Counted from the first letter of the stretch, positions 1 to 10,007 are shown. The stretch: DNA of 64,000 bases from Candidatus Bathyarchaeia archaeon (GCA_049512935.1 JBEKWR010000010.1:26426-90425), one strand, 5' to 3'. Program-made: numbers and translations. The notes: generated from the sequence alone by a model not told the origin.

Positions 1-883
1 TGTCGTATCTGCCTCCGCCGCCGAGCGCAATGTCGAGCTCGGGAACGTACACTTCAAAAATCATCCCTGTGTAGTACTCCAGCCCCCGCGCAAACGCAGG
101 CTCCACCTCCCTAACGGGGCAACCGCTTTCAACAACGAGTTTGAGGATGTCGCCGAGGTTTTCCGCCGCAGCCTTCGCCTTCTCGCAGCCTGCGACGTAG
201 CTCTTGACTTTTTCAACCGTTTCGAAACAGTCGCCGCCCTTCAGCTGCAGCAGTCCTTCAAGCATGCTGCGGCACTGATCTGTTGGCGCTAGCTTGAGCG
301 CTTCTTCATACTCTTTCTTGTCCATGCGCTGCAGGATGGCGTTCTGGGTTTTTTCGTCAACGCCTTCTTGGCTGAGAATCCCCCGAACAACACCGATGTT
401 CCCGATTTTGAAGGCGTAACCGCTCAACCCCAAGGACTTCATGAAGCTGTCCGTTAGCAGGACGATTTCTGCATCGGCTTCGGGTCGGCTGGAACCCATC
501 AGCTCGAAGTTTGACTGGTAGAACTCGCGGTACCGCCCTTTCTGCGGCTCGTCGTAGCGGTAGACGCTGCCCGCGGAGAAAAGCCTTAGCGGTTTAGGCT
601 CGTTCTTCAACGCTGTCGTGGCTAGCCGAGCGATTGAAGCGGTGAATTCTGGGCGTAGCGCCACTTGACGCTCACCCAAGTCCTTGAAGATGAACATGCG
701 CTGGCGAATTTCCTCACCCGACTTCGCACTCAACAACTCGAAAGACTCCACAACAGGCGTGATGACCTCTCTGTAACCGTAAAGAAGGGCTGTTTCCCTA
801 GCTTTGCCGATTATGCCTGTGAAGGCTTGGGCTTCTTCGCCGAGTAAATCGCGCATTCCGCGAACAGTTTGGAAATTAGGCAT
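1..883 (-). CDS. hisS: Histidyl-tRNA synthetase (5' part; runs off left edge)
   Basis: Hand translation from ATG 883 gives MPNFQTVRGMRDLLGEE...LRPEFTASIAR...YRYDEPQKGRYREFYQSNFE, which are HisRS class II motifs. Not in the ORF track because it is truncated by the window. Confidence 0.95.
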   Translation of the reverse strand, partial: MPNFQTVRGMRDLLGEEAQAFTGIIGKARETALLYGYREVITPVVESFELLSAKSGEEIRQRMFIFKDLGERQVALRPEFTASIARLATTALKNEPKPLRLFSAGSVYRYDEPQKGRYREFYQSNFELMGSSRPEADAEIVLLTDSFMKSLGLSGYAFKIGNIGVVRGILSQEGVDEKTQNAILQRMDKKEYEEALKLAPTDQCRSMLEGLLQLKGGDCFETVEKVKSYVAGCEKAKAAAENLGDILKLVVESGCPVREVEPAFARGLEYYTGMIFEVYVPELDIALGGGGRYD

Positions 884-1044
884 GACCGTTTTTTCTCCGT
901 TGCTTTAAAAGGTACAATTATTCTTTTAAACTCTCGCTTAGGGCTTAAATGCTCAAGTTCAACGGACTTAATTAATTTTGAAGGATGACTTTGCAAGAAG
1001 ACTTTACTGATAGTTTTTCCATTTCTCTACTGTCTGGTGATAGA

Positions 1045-1308
1045 GTGAAATTCGGCGTAGTGATTGAAAAAGATGAGGATGGCTACTATGTTGCTTCTGT
1101 TCCAGAATTACCTGGCTGTCACACTCAGGCAAAAACTCTTGATGAAGTGAAGGAAAGAATCGAGGAAGCCATTCAAGTTTATCTGGATGCTGACGAGACA
1201 AAGGATCACGAGCTAAAACCCGAGTTTATTAAAGAAATAGAAGAAACTTGTAAGCATGGCAAATTTATAAAGGTGAAAAACTTTGCTGAAGAGTACGGTT
1301 TAAAGTGA
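1045..1308 (+). CDS. HicB-family antitoxin-like protein with extra C-terminal tail
   Basis: VVIEKDEDGYYVASVPELPGCHTQAKTLDEVKERIEEAI is a HicB N-domain. GTG at 1045 follows a GGTGA SD. Confidence 0.8.
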   Translation: MKFGVVIEKDEDGYYVASVPELPGCHTQAKTLDEVKERIEEAIQVYLDADETKDHELKPEFIKEIEETCKHGKFIKVKNFAEEYGLK

Positions 1309-1321
1309 TTTTGTTTGCAGC

Positions 1322-2146
1322 TCAGCGGCTCTCTTTAATTCTTTCCATGGGTTTGTGTGCTTCTGCTTCTATGCGCATCATGCCAACGTGAACTATGCCC
1401 TCGGCATCAGCAGGGTGTGTTTCGAGGTAGCGGTCAATAATTTCTTGGACGAATTTTGCCCTGAGCTCAACGGGAAGCCTGTCGGTGAAGGGCAGCCATG
1501 TTGTCCGTACCCACCCAGCTAAGCCTTCTGCGCCGTTGTGCTTCATGTCTTTGGGAAAGAGTTCAACCCGCTCAGCCACCAAACCCGCTTCCTGCAGAAA
1601 ACCTCTGTACTCTTCCTCGTCGTAAAAGCCGTAGGGAAACGGCATTTTGTGGAAGTAGCCTTTCCAAGGTTCAACATGCGCCAGCTCTTTTATTATGTTT
1701 AACACGTCTTTGGCGTTGCCTTTACCAGCCATCTGAAACAGCAGCCTGCCGCCTGGCTTAAGGGCTCTTTTTACGCCTTCGAGCACGGCTTTTTGGTCAA
1801 CAATCCAGTGCAGCGCCGCGTTAGAGAACGCCACGTCAAACTCCGATTGGAACGTCAGCTTCCTCGCATCCATCACTTGAAAACACAAGTTCGGGTAACC
1901 TTCCTGTGTGAAACTGCTTTGTGCCAGATTTATCATTTTTTCTGAGCTGTCAACTCCGACCGCCCTTCCGCTGGGTAGGCACCGTGCGAGTTCCGTCGTG
2001 ATTTTGCCGTCGCCGCAGCCGATGTCAAGCAAAGCCTCGTTTCCCCGCAGTTTTAGCTTCGGGATAAGTTCCTTTGCCCATTGGAACTGGTTTGCGGAGT
2101 TTTTGGCGTAGTCTTGAGCGTTCCAGTTATATGGTGAGGTTGCCAT
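1322..2146 (-). CDS. Class I SAM-dependent methyltransferase (trans-aconitate MTase-like)
   Basis: LLDIGCGDG motif I, FDVAFSNAALHW, LKPGG. Confidence 0.85.
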   Translation of the reverse strand: MATSPYNWNAQDYAKNSANQFQWAKELIPKLKLRGNEALLDIGCGDGKITTELARCLPSGRAVGVDSSEKMINLAQSSFTQEGYPNLCFQVMDARKLTFQSEFDVAFSNAALHWIVDQKAVLEGVKRALKPGGRLLFQMAGKGNAKDVLNIIKELAHVEPWKGYFHKMPFPYGFYDEEEYRGFLQEAGLVAERVELFPKDMKHNGAEGLAGWVRTTWLPFTDRLPVELRAKFVQEIIDRYLETHPADAEGIVHVGMMRIEAEAHKPMERIKESR

Positions 2147-2159
2147 GTTTTTCGCCTGC

Positions 2160-2711
2160 TTATTTGAAGGTCATTTGTGAGACGGAGTAGTAGACGATTT
2201 CGCCTCGGCGATTCATGACTGCGAGAACCATCTCTTTCTTTCGGCTTTGGCACTGCCGCAGCGCATCCGCCATCTGATCTATTCCCATGGGTTTGCCTTC
2301 TTGAATGCTGAGCACCAGGTAAGGCGCGGTGTCTTTGCCGTAGGTGCCGCGTTCGTAAACTCGAAAGTCGATGCCGCCGCCGAAGCCTTCCCGCGCGACG
2401 TAACCTCGGCTTCTCAGGTCGCGGTAAACGATGTAGCTGACCCAAGCGTTCTCGTTGACGGCTTCGTAGCAGCGAAGAAGACCCTGAAAATCCACCGAGT
2501 TGCCCTTGCCGTCTTTAACTTCAAGCATGCCCTTGTCCGCAAGGTACAATGCCTCAAAGAACGTAAGCGTGAAAACCTTGTCTTCCAGCGTGCCGTAGCC
2601 CCGTGAAGTGAGCGCGTCAATGCTGCTTTGCTCAGCTACCCTGACGCCTTTCTCTGCGAGGGTGCCGCTGGTTCTGAATTCTGGAGGCTGCGATTTTTTT
2701 GTTTCGGTCAT
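2160..2711 (-). CDS. endA: tRNA-splicing endonuclease subunit (possibly the structural subunit)
   Basis: LTFFEALYL, YIVYRDLRSRGYV, DFRVYERG and RKKEMVLAV in a 183-aa single-unit EndA fold. Confidence 0.85.
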   Translation of the reverse strand: MTETKKSQPPEFRTSGTLAEKGVRVAEQSSIDALTSRGYGTLEDKVFTLTFFEALYLADKGMLEVKDGKGNSVDFQGLLRCYEAVNENAWVSYIVYRDLRSRGYVAREGFGGGIDFRVYERGTYGKDTAPYLVLSIQEGKPMGIDQMADALRQCQSRKKEMVLAVMNRRGEIVYYSVSQMTFK

Positions 2712-3739
2712 TTTGCTCTTTTTCCTTCAAGTTTGAATTTGCCGTAGTCTTTGGGGTAGTAGACTTGGGTTTCGCATATTATGGCTGACACGTACTTTAA
2801 GGGTGTGATGTCGAAGGCTGGGTTCATGACTTTGACGCCGTTTGGCGCGATTTGCACGGAGCCAATGCAAGTGACTTCTTCGGGTTTGCGTTCCTCAATA
2901 ATCACGTCTGACGCCTTGTGTGCCAGGTCGAAGGTGGATTTTGGCGCTGCAACGTAGAACGGGATGCCGTGCTCATGCGCCAGAACTGCGACCGAGTAAG
3001 TGCCGATTTTGTTGACTACTGCGTCCTGAACGATGCGGTCTGACCCCACAATAACCTTGTTGACCAACCCCTTGCTCATGACGTAGCCCGCCATGTTATC
3101 CGTAATCAACGTCACAGGTATCCCATCCCGCATAAGCTCGTAAGCCGTGAGCCGCGCACCCTGCAAGAGCGGTCGGGTTTCGTCGGCGATGACTCGGATT
3201 TTTTTGCCCTGCTCCCAAGCCGCGCGGATAACGCCCAAGGCGGTGCCGTACTCCACGGTCGCCAGCTCGCCAGCGTTGCAGTGGGTCAGGATGGTGTCGC
3301 CGTCCGCTATGAGCACGGAGCCGTTTTTGCCGATTGCGTGGTTCTGCGCGGCGTCTTCGTCAGCGATTTTCTGTGCTTCAGAAATAACCGCCGCTTTGAC
3401 CGCTTCAACGCTGCCCTCTGCGCTTCGGGCTTTGGCTAGGACGCGGTCGACGCCCCAAAAAAGGTTCACCGCGGTGGGACGCTGACGCTTGATCGTGGCG
3501 CCCGCATCTTCAAGCTCGGAAAGCAGTTTTTCTCTGTTCTGCGCTTTTGAATGGTAAGCTGCCAACGCGATGCCGAAGCCTGCCGCTGCACCAAGAAGCG
3601 GGGCGCCTCTGACGCGCAGAGTTTTTATGGCTTCCGCCATCTGCTCAACCGTTGTGATTTCCAACGTGACCTCTTGAAGGGGAAGTCGTGTTTGGTCAGG
3701 AGTGATAACCGTTCCGTTTCGCCACTGAATCATCCGCAT
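2708..3739 (-). CDS. mtnA: S-methyl-5-thioribose-1-phosphate isomerase (eIF-2B alpha-like family)
   Basis: VRGAP, RPTAVNL, THCNAGELAT..YGTA, ETRPLLQGARLT, NKIGTY, NPAFDITP. Confidence 0.88.
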   Translation of the reverse strand: MRMIQWRNGTVITPDQTRLPLQEVTLEITTVEQMAEAIKTLRVRGAPLLGAAAGFGIALAAYHSKAQNREKLLSELEDAGATIKRQRPTAVNLFWGVDRVLAKARSAEGSVEAVKAAVISEAQKIADEDAAQNHAIGKNGSVLIADGDTILTHCNAGELATVEYGTALGVIRAAWEQGKKIRVIADETRPLLQGARLTAYELMRDGIPVTLITDNMAGYVMSKGLVNKVIVGSDRIVQDAVVNKIGTYSVAVLAHEHGIPFYVAAPKSTFDLAHKASDVIIEERKPEEVTCIGSVQIAPNGVKVMNPAFDITPLKYVSAIICETQVYYPKDYGKFKLEGKRAK

Positions 3740-3811
3740 TTTCTCTTTGCCTCGAATTTGCCTGTGTCTCTGCCTAGTTGGGTTGTGGCTCCCGTTAAAG
3801 ATTTTCTGTGC

Positions 3812-4201
3812 CTAAGCCTTGTTCCGTTGAACCAAGTCAATGAGGTTGCCGTACAGGTCCTCGAAAACGACTTCGACGCCCCAAGCTTGCTCCGCGGGCT
3901 CGCCGTAGAACTTCACGCCCTTTGCCTTCATGGCTTCGTAATCCCTTAGGCAATCGTCCGTTTCCAAAGTCATGAACACGTGGTCGCCCGCCTGCTTCCC
4001 AAGCGCCTTCCGCTTCGCCGCCGTATCCGCCAGCACAAACGTCAACTCAAAGTCAGGCTGGTCCCTCGGCGAAACCGTGACCCAACGCATGTCCCCCCAG
4101 AACTTCGTGTCCTGCCGCTTCACAAAACCAAGTTTTTTAACGTAAAAAGCGGCGGCTTCATCAAAATCCTTGGCTAACAACGTGACATGACCAATCTTCA
4201 T
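3812..4201 (-). CDS. VOC/glyoxalase family protein
   Basis: IGHVTL..DFDEAAAFY..LGF and WGVEVVFEDLYGN. Confidence 0.85.
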   Translation of the reverse strand: MKIGHVTLLAKDFDEAAAFYVKKLGFVKRQDTKFWGDMRWVTVSPRDQPDFELTFVLADTAAKRKALGKQAGDHVFMTLETDDCLRDYEAMKAKGVKFYGEPAEQAWGVEVVFEDLYGNLIDLVQRNKA

Positions 4202-4276
4202 CCAGACCGCTCCCTAAACAAGTGAAACTGAAAAAGAATTGTGTGCCTAACCTAAAAAAGCTTAAGCTCCCAGATT

Positions 4277-5029
4277 TTATGCTGCGTTGTCAAAGGGGGA
4301 TTTTAGGTAGGTGACGACTTCTACGGGTGATTCTTCGCCTGACTTCAGCCGCTTCCTCCATTCTTCCCCGACCGCAATCAACGAGAAGATGCCTGAAACC
4401 TCGGCTTTGGACTTCTTCACAAGCGTCACCAGCGCCTCTTGGGTTTCGCCGCTCTTAATCATGTCGTCAACAATCAGCACGCTGTCCCGTTTCTTGATGG
4501 CTTCCTTAGGAATGTAGAGGGTTACGGTTACGCCTGAATCCTTCCCGAGAATGTAAGTTTCGTCAATGAAAGCTTTAACGCCGACTTCCTTGTTCCGCTT
4601 CGCAACGATAAGGTTCACGCCAAGCGCGTTGGCAACCATGGTGGCAAGCGGGATGCCGTCAACGGCGGCAGTTAAAACTTTGGTGACCCGTTTCCCAGCG
4701 AAGTTTGCAAGGGCGTGGTTGGCGGCTTGCTGCAGTATGTTGTAGTCGCCGACGATTTCCGTGTTGTCGAAGTAGCCTGCTTCGTCGAATTTTATTCTGT
4801 TGCGCAACTCAGCTTCTAACCCGACCATCTTGTTTAGGACTCGCCAAAGCTGTTTGGCTCTTGCAGTGTTAGGCAGCACGTGTCCTTTCGCGTAGCGGCT
4901 AAGCACGGTGACGGGCAAATCGGTTTTTGACGCTAGCTCTCGGTAGGTGATGTTGCGTTTGTACTTTGCCGTCCTAAGAAGTTCAATCGTCATTAAACGT
5001 AGTTTCAAATCTTCTGCGTGAGTGCTCAA
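4277..5029 (-). CDS. HTH + phosphoribosyltransferase-domain regulator (PurR/Apt-like)
   Basis: N-terminal HTH (TYRELASKTDLPVTVLSRYAKGHVLP) and PRPP-binding VLIVDDMIKSGET. Confidence 0.8.
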   Translation of the reverse strand: MSTHAEDLKLRLMTIELLRTAKYKRNITYRELASKTDLPVTVLSRYAKGHVLPNTARAKQLWRVLNKMVGLEAELRNRIKFDEAGYFDNTEIVGDYNILQQAANHALANFAGKRVTKVLTAAVDGIPLATMVANALGVNLIVAKRNKEVGVKAFIDETYILGKDSGVTVTLYIPKEAIKKRDSVLIVDDMIKSGETQEALVTLVKKSKAEVSGIFSLIAVGEEWRKRLKSGEESPVEVVTYLKSPFDNAA

Positions 5030-5323
5030 CTTTTACCCAACCCCGTTTTTACATTTATAAGTATAATATCTTATGTCTAATAGCTATTGTAACGATTCAA
5101 TTTATAACTTTCTGTCTATGATTTTCAAGCGTAGTTTTCTACCCTTCTCTCGAGCCGTCACACGCTTTCGACCCCGCCAAGTCACGCGCCCATCAAAAGT
5201 GTCAAAGCTCATCCATTCCGGGCCTGCCCGCATATTTTGCCCTTGTTGCATTACATTTTTTAGACGGAGACGCGAAGTCCTACGTGTCAAGAAGGGGATG
5301 GTGGGACGCAGAGGCTTAACAGA

Positions 5324-5857
5324 CTGTTCATAACCGCGCTTTTCGGTTCCATAATCTTCGTCATCAACGCCTTCCTTCCGCCGCCCATAAACTACGTGCT
5401 AATCGTCGTCCAAGCCGTCGTCCTCGCGTTAAGCGGTTTATTCGTCAAAAGACTTGGCGCAACATACGTCGGCGCCGTCGGCGGACTCCTAACCGCGCTT
5501 GGAAGCCCAGCTTTGGGACCCTTCACTTTCCTGTTTTCCTTCCTCTACGGCGCATTAACCGACGGCTCCCTGATCCTGTTCAGAATCAACGCCACCAACG
5601 CGGGCGTGAACCGCAACAGGCTGATGATTGCGATGGCGGTTGCCACGATGCTTATCGGGTTGATCAGTTACTCGGCGTTTGCGCTTTTCCCCCAGTTTGT
5701 TCCTTTGGCAAGGGAGTTTTCAAGCGTCGGCTTGTTCATTCAGAGAAGCACCATGCTTGACGTGCTTGTGCTGTTTATGGGTCCAGCTACGGGGGTGGTG
5801 GCGGGTTACGCTGCAGCTTACCTGTGGAACAAGTACCTGCGGCACATCCGCGTTTAA
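5324..5857 (+). CDS. Integral membrane protein (ECF S-component-like); start uncertain
   Basis: Several hydrophobic helices. The hydrophobic frame continues upstream of GTG 5396 (LFITALFGSIIFVINAFLP) to a CTG at 5324. Confidence 0.6.
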   Translation: MFITALFGSIIFVINAFLPPPINYVLIVVQAVVLALSGLFVKRLGATYVGAVGGLLTALGSPALGPFTFLFSFLYGALTDGSLILFRINATNAGVNRNRLMIAMAVATMLIGLISYSAFALFPQFVPLAREFSSVGLFIQRSTMLDVLVLFMGPATGVVAGYAAAYLWNKYLRHIRV

Positions 5858-6123
5858 AGGCAGCGCTGCCTGATTTTCTCGTCAACCAACTTTGCAACCA
5901 TCAAGTTGGAGATGAACACGCATTTGACGCCCAGCAACTCGGCAAGTTCAGCGGGCTTCTGGTCCTGAGTTACCAAGAGCAGGTTGTTCTTGCCCGCGTA
6001 CTCGACGACTGTGCGGTCCTTGGCGCTTTTTAAACCCGCTTCCTGAGCAGTCAGCACTTCGTAACCTAAAGTTTCGAGGTATTCCTTCAAGCCAGCGTAC
6101 ATTTCATCGAGCAGAATCTTCAT
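5854..6123 (-). CDS. DUF5615 PIN-like (VapC45/Mut7-C-like) protein
   Basis: MKILLDEM...LGYEV...AKDRTVVEYA..NNLLLVTQD pattern. Confidence 0.75.
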   Translation of the reverse strand: MKILLDEMYAGLKEYLETLGYEVLTAQEAGLKSAKDRTVVEYAGKNNLLLVTQDQKPAELAELLGVKCVFISNLMVAKLVDEKIRQRCL

Positions 6124-6322
6124 GCGTCATCGCTTTCTGTTTCCGCGTCAAAGTTATTTAGCTTTTACCTTCCTTTAGAGAAACTGGAGAATCATAAGTA
6201 GGATACTCGTGTTTCAACTATTTGATTAACCAGGAAAAGACGCCGCAGTGCGTCTGCGCCCAGCAAACAAAAGCTGGACGGCTGCCAATCTCGGGTGAAG
6301 AACGACCCAAAAAAGAAGCTGC

Positions 6323-6961
6323 TTAGTCTATGAGCAGCAGCGCGAACGATTCAGGTTGCTTCGCGAATGGGAAGGACACTTCGATTCCCGCGTTAGCCGC
6401 GGTTTTTTTCACGTTAACTCCCACCGCGTCCTCTGACCACCGCGCCAGCTCAGGGTGAACGCAGATCCTCGTCTGGGTGTTGCATTTCTCGCAGAGCTGG
6501 CATGTTCCCGAAGCGAAAGCCAACGCCAAACTGTAGCCTTCCTTCATGGCTGCCTTCTCGAGGTCAACGACGCTTTGCAGCATCGCCTTCTTGTCTTCCC
6601 GCCAGACAGCCCAAAACTTCGCCGCTTTTTCCTTAACGTCTTTAGGCACGGATGGGTCGGTTTCAGCCACTGACAGCTTGCTGAGCACTTCTGGGTCGGC
6701 TTGGGCTTTGGATTTAAACTTCATGAACATGGCGTAGCTGTACTCGCCGACGATTTTTCGGAATTCCTCAGCCGAAGGCGTGTAGGGTGGGCAAGCCAGT
6801 GTTTTCCCGTAGTTGCTGCAGCCTACTTTGCACTTGAGAACCACTCGGTCTTCCACGACGACTTTGCTCGCGGGTATGATTTGGGCGTCAGCGGCACCCT
6901 TCTCCAACGCTAACTTGGCGAGAAACTGGAATTTTTCGGCTTCGCTATGAGCTGGCATCAT
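6323..6961 (-). CDS. DUF2284 metal-binding protein
   Basis: KCKVGCSNYG..LACPPYTP, GTCQLCEKC, CVHP..AR.SEDAVGVNV. Confidence 0.8.
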   Translation of the reverse strand: MMPAHSEAEKFQFLAKLALEKGAADAQIIPASKVVVEDRVVLKCKVGCSNYGKTLACPPYTPSAEEFRKIVGEYSYAMFMKFKSKAQADPEVLSKLSVAETDPSVPKDVKEKAAKFWAVWREDKKAMLQSVVDLEKAAMKEGYSLALAFASGTCQLCEKCNTQTRICVHPELARWSEDAVGVNVKKTAANAGIEVSFPFAKQPESFALLLID

Positions 6962-7125
6962 TTTTCCCTAAGTTCTTTGTCAGAACGGGCTCTTTTGATA
7001 TAAACTTTTAGCGCAGCCGTTCGGGAAAAACCTCGTGGAAAAAGGCGGTGAAGTTTGGCATTGAATGGGATATGTGGCTGTTTTACATGCTGGTGAGCGC
7101 AAGAATAATATAGTGAATCTGTTAA

Positions 7126-8310
7126 ATGATGTTTCTGCGCGGGGGTGCGGTTGGTATCAAGAGCAAAATCAGCAGCATAGGTTACGTCAACAAAATCCAA
7201 GAAAACATCCTAAGCATCAAGCATCGTGAGCTTGCACCTCTTTTTAATGAGCTTAAAGCTGCTGACTGCGTTATCTGCGGCGGGTCAGGCAGGTCACTTT
7301 ACTCACTGAACGCTGCCCTGAGCCAGATTGCACTTAGTCAAGCAGGCTGGAGGAACAAGGTTGTCTTGACCCCCGACGACCCAGGTTTTCCAGGCAAAAG
7401 CATGTACGACGCGGCAGCTGACCTTGCGAGGCGCTACAAGAAAACCCTGCTTCTCATTAACAGCGGAAGCGGCTACTCTGACGATCCCTTGGTGATGGCG
7501 CAGGATTTAGCACAGTTCATTGAAGAAAAGAAGACTAACAGGTTCTCCATGGGTCTTTTCACGTCTGCTCCCGAGTCGCCTCTAGGCGAGATTGTCGGCA
7601 AGTACGGTCACGTGGTTGAGCTTAAGGGGCGCGGCAAATCTAAGCCTGGCACCGAGTACAGCGAGACAGGCATGATGGGCGACATCTTCGAGCTGGGCAC
7701 GCTAGAGCTTTTGAACAGCATGGTTGAAGCCGTATTTCGGAACCTTGAGGTTCAAGATGTTTTCACGATATGCGTTGAGGAACTGGAAAAAATCGGCGAC
7801 ATCATCGATTCCAACGTTAACTCCGAAACTTACACGCAGCTTGTCGACCTGCTTGAGAAGAGGACAAACGTGTTCTTCGGCGGGAAAGGCACGGGAAACG
7901 AAATCGCCAAAATGACGGCAGTGCGGCTTTTCCACATCAAGAGTTTCCTAGGCGACAACGTTTACATCACGCGAGGCGTCAACACTCCTCACCCAAGGGC
8001 GGGAGACCTGGAAATCCTGATTTCCTACTCTGGCGAGACGAGACCCGTGATTATCTGGGCTGACGTCATCAAGAAATTCGCGGGAACCGTGTTCGCGATA
8101 ACAAGCGCCAAAGAATCAACCTTGGCGAAGAAGGCAGACCTGAAGCTGATTTTGCCTGAAGAGGTCAAGCCGCTTACGCCGAGGCGCTTCTACACCCGAA
8201 CAGCCTTCGCGCTGAGCCCAGTGCCAGTTAAGCTTGCTGAACGGCTCGGTCAAAGAGGCTTGAACCTGCCTGAATACATCATCAGCTGGTACCACTCAGT
8301 GACCCAGTGA
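7126..8310 (+). CDS. Tandem SIS-domain protein, 6-phospho-3-hexuloisomerase-like
   Basis: Two SIS units: GGSGRS..NSGSG and GGKGTG..AVRLFHI..TP..GDLEILISYSGET..ITS..ESTLAKKAD. Confidence 0.7.
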   Translation: MMFLRGGAVGIKSKISSIGYVNKIQENILSIKHRELAPLFNELKAADCVICGGSGRSLYSLNAALSQIALSQAGWRNKVVLTPDDPGFPGKSMYDAAADLARRYKKTLLLINSGSGYSDDPLVMAQDLAQFIEEKKTNRFSMGLFTSAPESPLGEIVGKYGHVVELKGRGKSKPGTEYSETGMMGDIFELGTLELLNSMVEAVFRNLEVQDVFTICVEELEKIGDIIDSNVNSETYTQLVDLLEKRTNVFFGGKGTGNEIAKMTAVRLFHIKSFLGDNVYITRGVNTPHPRAGDLEILISYSGETRPVIIWADVIKKFAGTVFAITSAKESTLAKKADLKLILPEEVKPLTPRRFYTRTAFALSPVPVKLAERLGQRGLNLPEYIISWYHSVTQ

Positions 8311-8455
8311 ACATAGCTCAAACTAGAGATTCATGCTACACAGACTTTTTAGCAAGAAAGGGTGTAACGAGTAACAAGTGACAAATCGGGAAAAGTGAAT
8401 ACACGTACGGAAGACTCAGACATAGATTATGAACGTTATGATTCGCCTGTGAGTA

Positions 8456-9733
8456 TCAAGAATAGTTATTGAAAAATTCCCAAGCAATGTTGAAACGCCA
8501 GGGGTCACCCTTTTGTGTGAGCTGTATTTTTCCATCTTTAGTTTCAATTAAGCCCTTTTCCTGTAATCGGTGGATTGCCTCGGGAAATACATCTTCAGGT
8601 AACTTGCCAAACCTAGACTGAAAAACGTGGCGATCCACGGGAACACGAATGTAAATTAGCATCATCTCTTTTCTCATCTCATCTTCAACCGAAAGCTTAG
8701 TAACCCGCTCAATAGGAAACGCACCGCTTCCCACCGCTTCAATATAAGCCTGGATATTCTCAATATCAGAATACAGAAAACTTCCAATGTGGCCCATAAA
8801 AAAGCCTGCTCCAGAACCCACCACTTCGGAAGAAGGCCTGTTAAAATCCTCTTTAACACGAGAAAATCTGTTGTGACAAGTAGGATAATATCCATTCTTC
8901 CGGAAAATATTGGAAGCCTCAAGATACATTTCGATTTCGACCTTATCATCGCCAGTCGGAGGCAACTCGCCAGATTCAATTTTCTTTGCAAGAAAAGTAT
9001 CAGGATACAAATCCAAAGGATAACAATCTACGCTTTCAAGTTCAAGTTCCAATGCCTGCTCTATATCCGCCTTCCATTGGCTCAGCGTTTGACCTGGTAA
9101 ATTATAAATCAAATCAACGCTTACGCCAAGTCCCTGCTTTCTAGCACTTCTCAGTTTTGTCGCAACTTCACGTTTGCTGTCACGAAGCATCAGAATTTTG
9201 CGGAACGAATCGTCAAATGTTTGAACCCCGATATCTAACTGGTTCACCTTCTGCGAAGAAAGCAGGCGTATTTTACTTTCGGAAAGATTGGTAGTGCAAG
9301 CGGCAACTTTGGTCTGATGGTCTTTCTCAAAGTTGAAGTTTTCTCGGCAGAAATCCAAGATGTCTACTATTTGGTCATTTGCAAGAACGGTAGGGCTTCC
9401 ACCGCCAATGTAGAGTTCACTAAAAAGGCTGGAGCTGACATATTTGTTTTGGGCATAGAGACATAGGGCTTTCTTCATAGCAGCTAGATACGGGGGAATG
9501 CTTTGTTTATCGCAACTAACAGGAAAATAGCAGAATGCGCACTTTCCTTCGCAGAAAGGAATCCAGGGCTGCAACTCTCTTGTTTGTCCAATTGTACTGC
9601 CCGTTTTCAGAAACTCAGCAAAATCTGACATGACACTAGAAGTGGAAAGAGCCCTATCTCTGTAAGTCATTGGAGGCCAATGTTGAATGGTCTTGTATGG
9701 CCAACCATTATTCGCATCTTGCAATAACGGCAC
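8456..9733 (-). CDS. HemN-like (class C) radical SAM enzyme
   Basis: IPFCEGKCAFCYF (CxxxCxxC), YIGGGSPT, DIGVQTF, DLIYNLPGQT and a HemN C-terminal domain. Confidence 0.85.
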   Translation of the reverse strand: MPLLQDANNGWPYKTIQHWPPMTYRDRALSTSSVMSDFAEFLKTGSTIGQTRELQPWIPFCEGKCAFCYFPVSCDKQSIPPYLAAMKKALCLYAQNKYVSSSLFSELYIGGGSPTVLANDQIVDILDFCRENFNFEKDHQTKVAACTTNLSESKIRLLSSQKVNQLDIGVQTFDDSFRKILMLRDSKREVATKLRSARKQGLGVSVDLIYNLPGQTLSQWKADIEQALELELESVDCYPLDLYPDTFLAKKIESGELPPTGDDKVEIEMYLEASNIFRKNGYYPTCHNRFSRVKEDFNRPSSEVVGSGAGFFMGHIGSFLYSDIENIQAYIEAVGSGAFPIERVTKLSVEDEMRKEMMLIYIRVPVDRHVFQSRFGKLPEDVFPEAIHRLQEKGLIETKDGKIQLTQKGDPWRFNIAWEFFNNYS

Positions 9734-10007
9734 CTTTCAAGTAAAACGGGCTATTTTGTCTTTTAAAGCTACCCATACATCAAAAGCTTTTTCGCTGGAA
9801 TATGAACCCACTGGAACGAATGTTTACTTTCCACCATTTTCTGGAACTATTTTCCTCGTGAACGAATAGCACGCGCTACCATTGGAGCGCAACCATTCGA
9901 AAAATGGATGTGTCTTCAAACAACTTGCATAGACATGGCTCCTTAGTGGTTTAACATGTAAAAAGCTAAGCAAGAAAATAGTTTAAAATATGTTACACTT
10001 ATGAATG

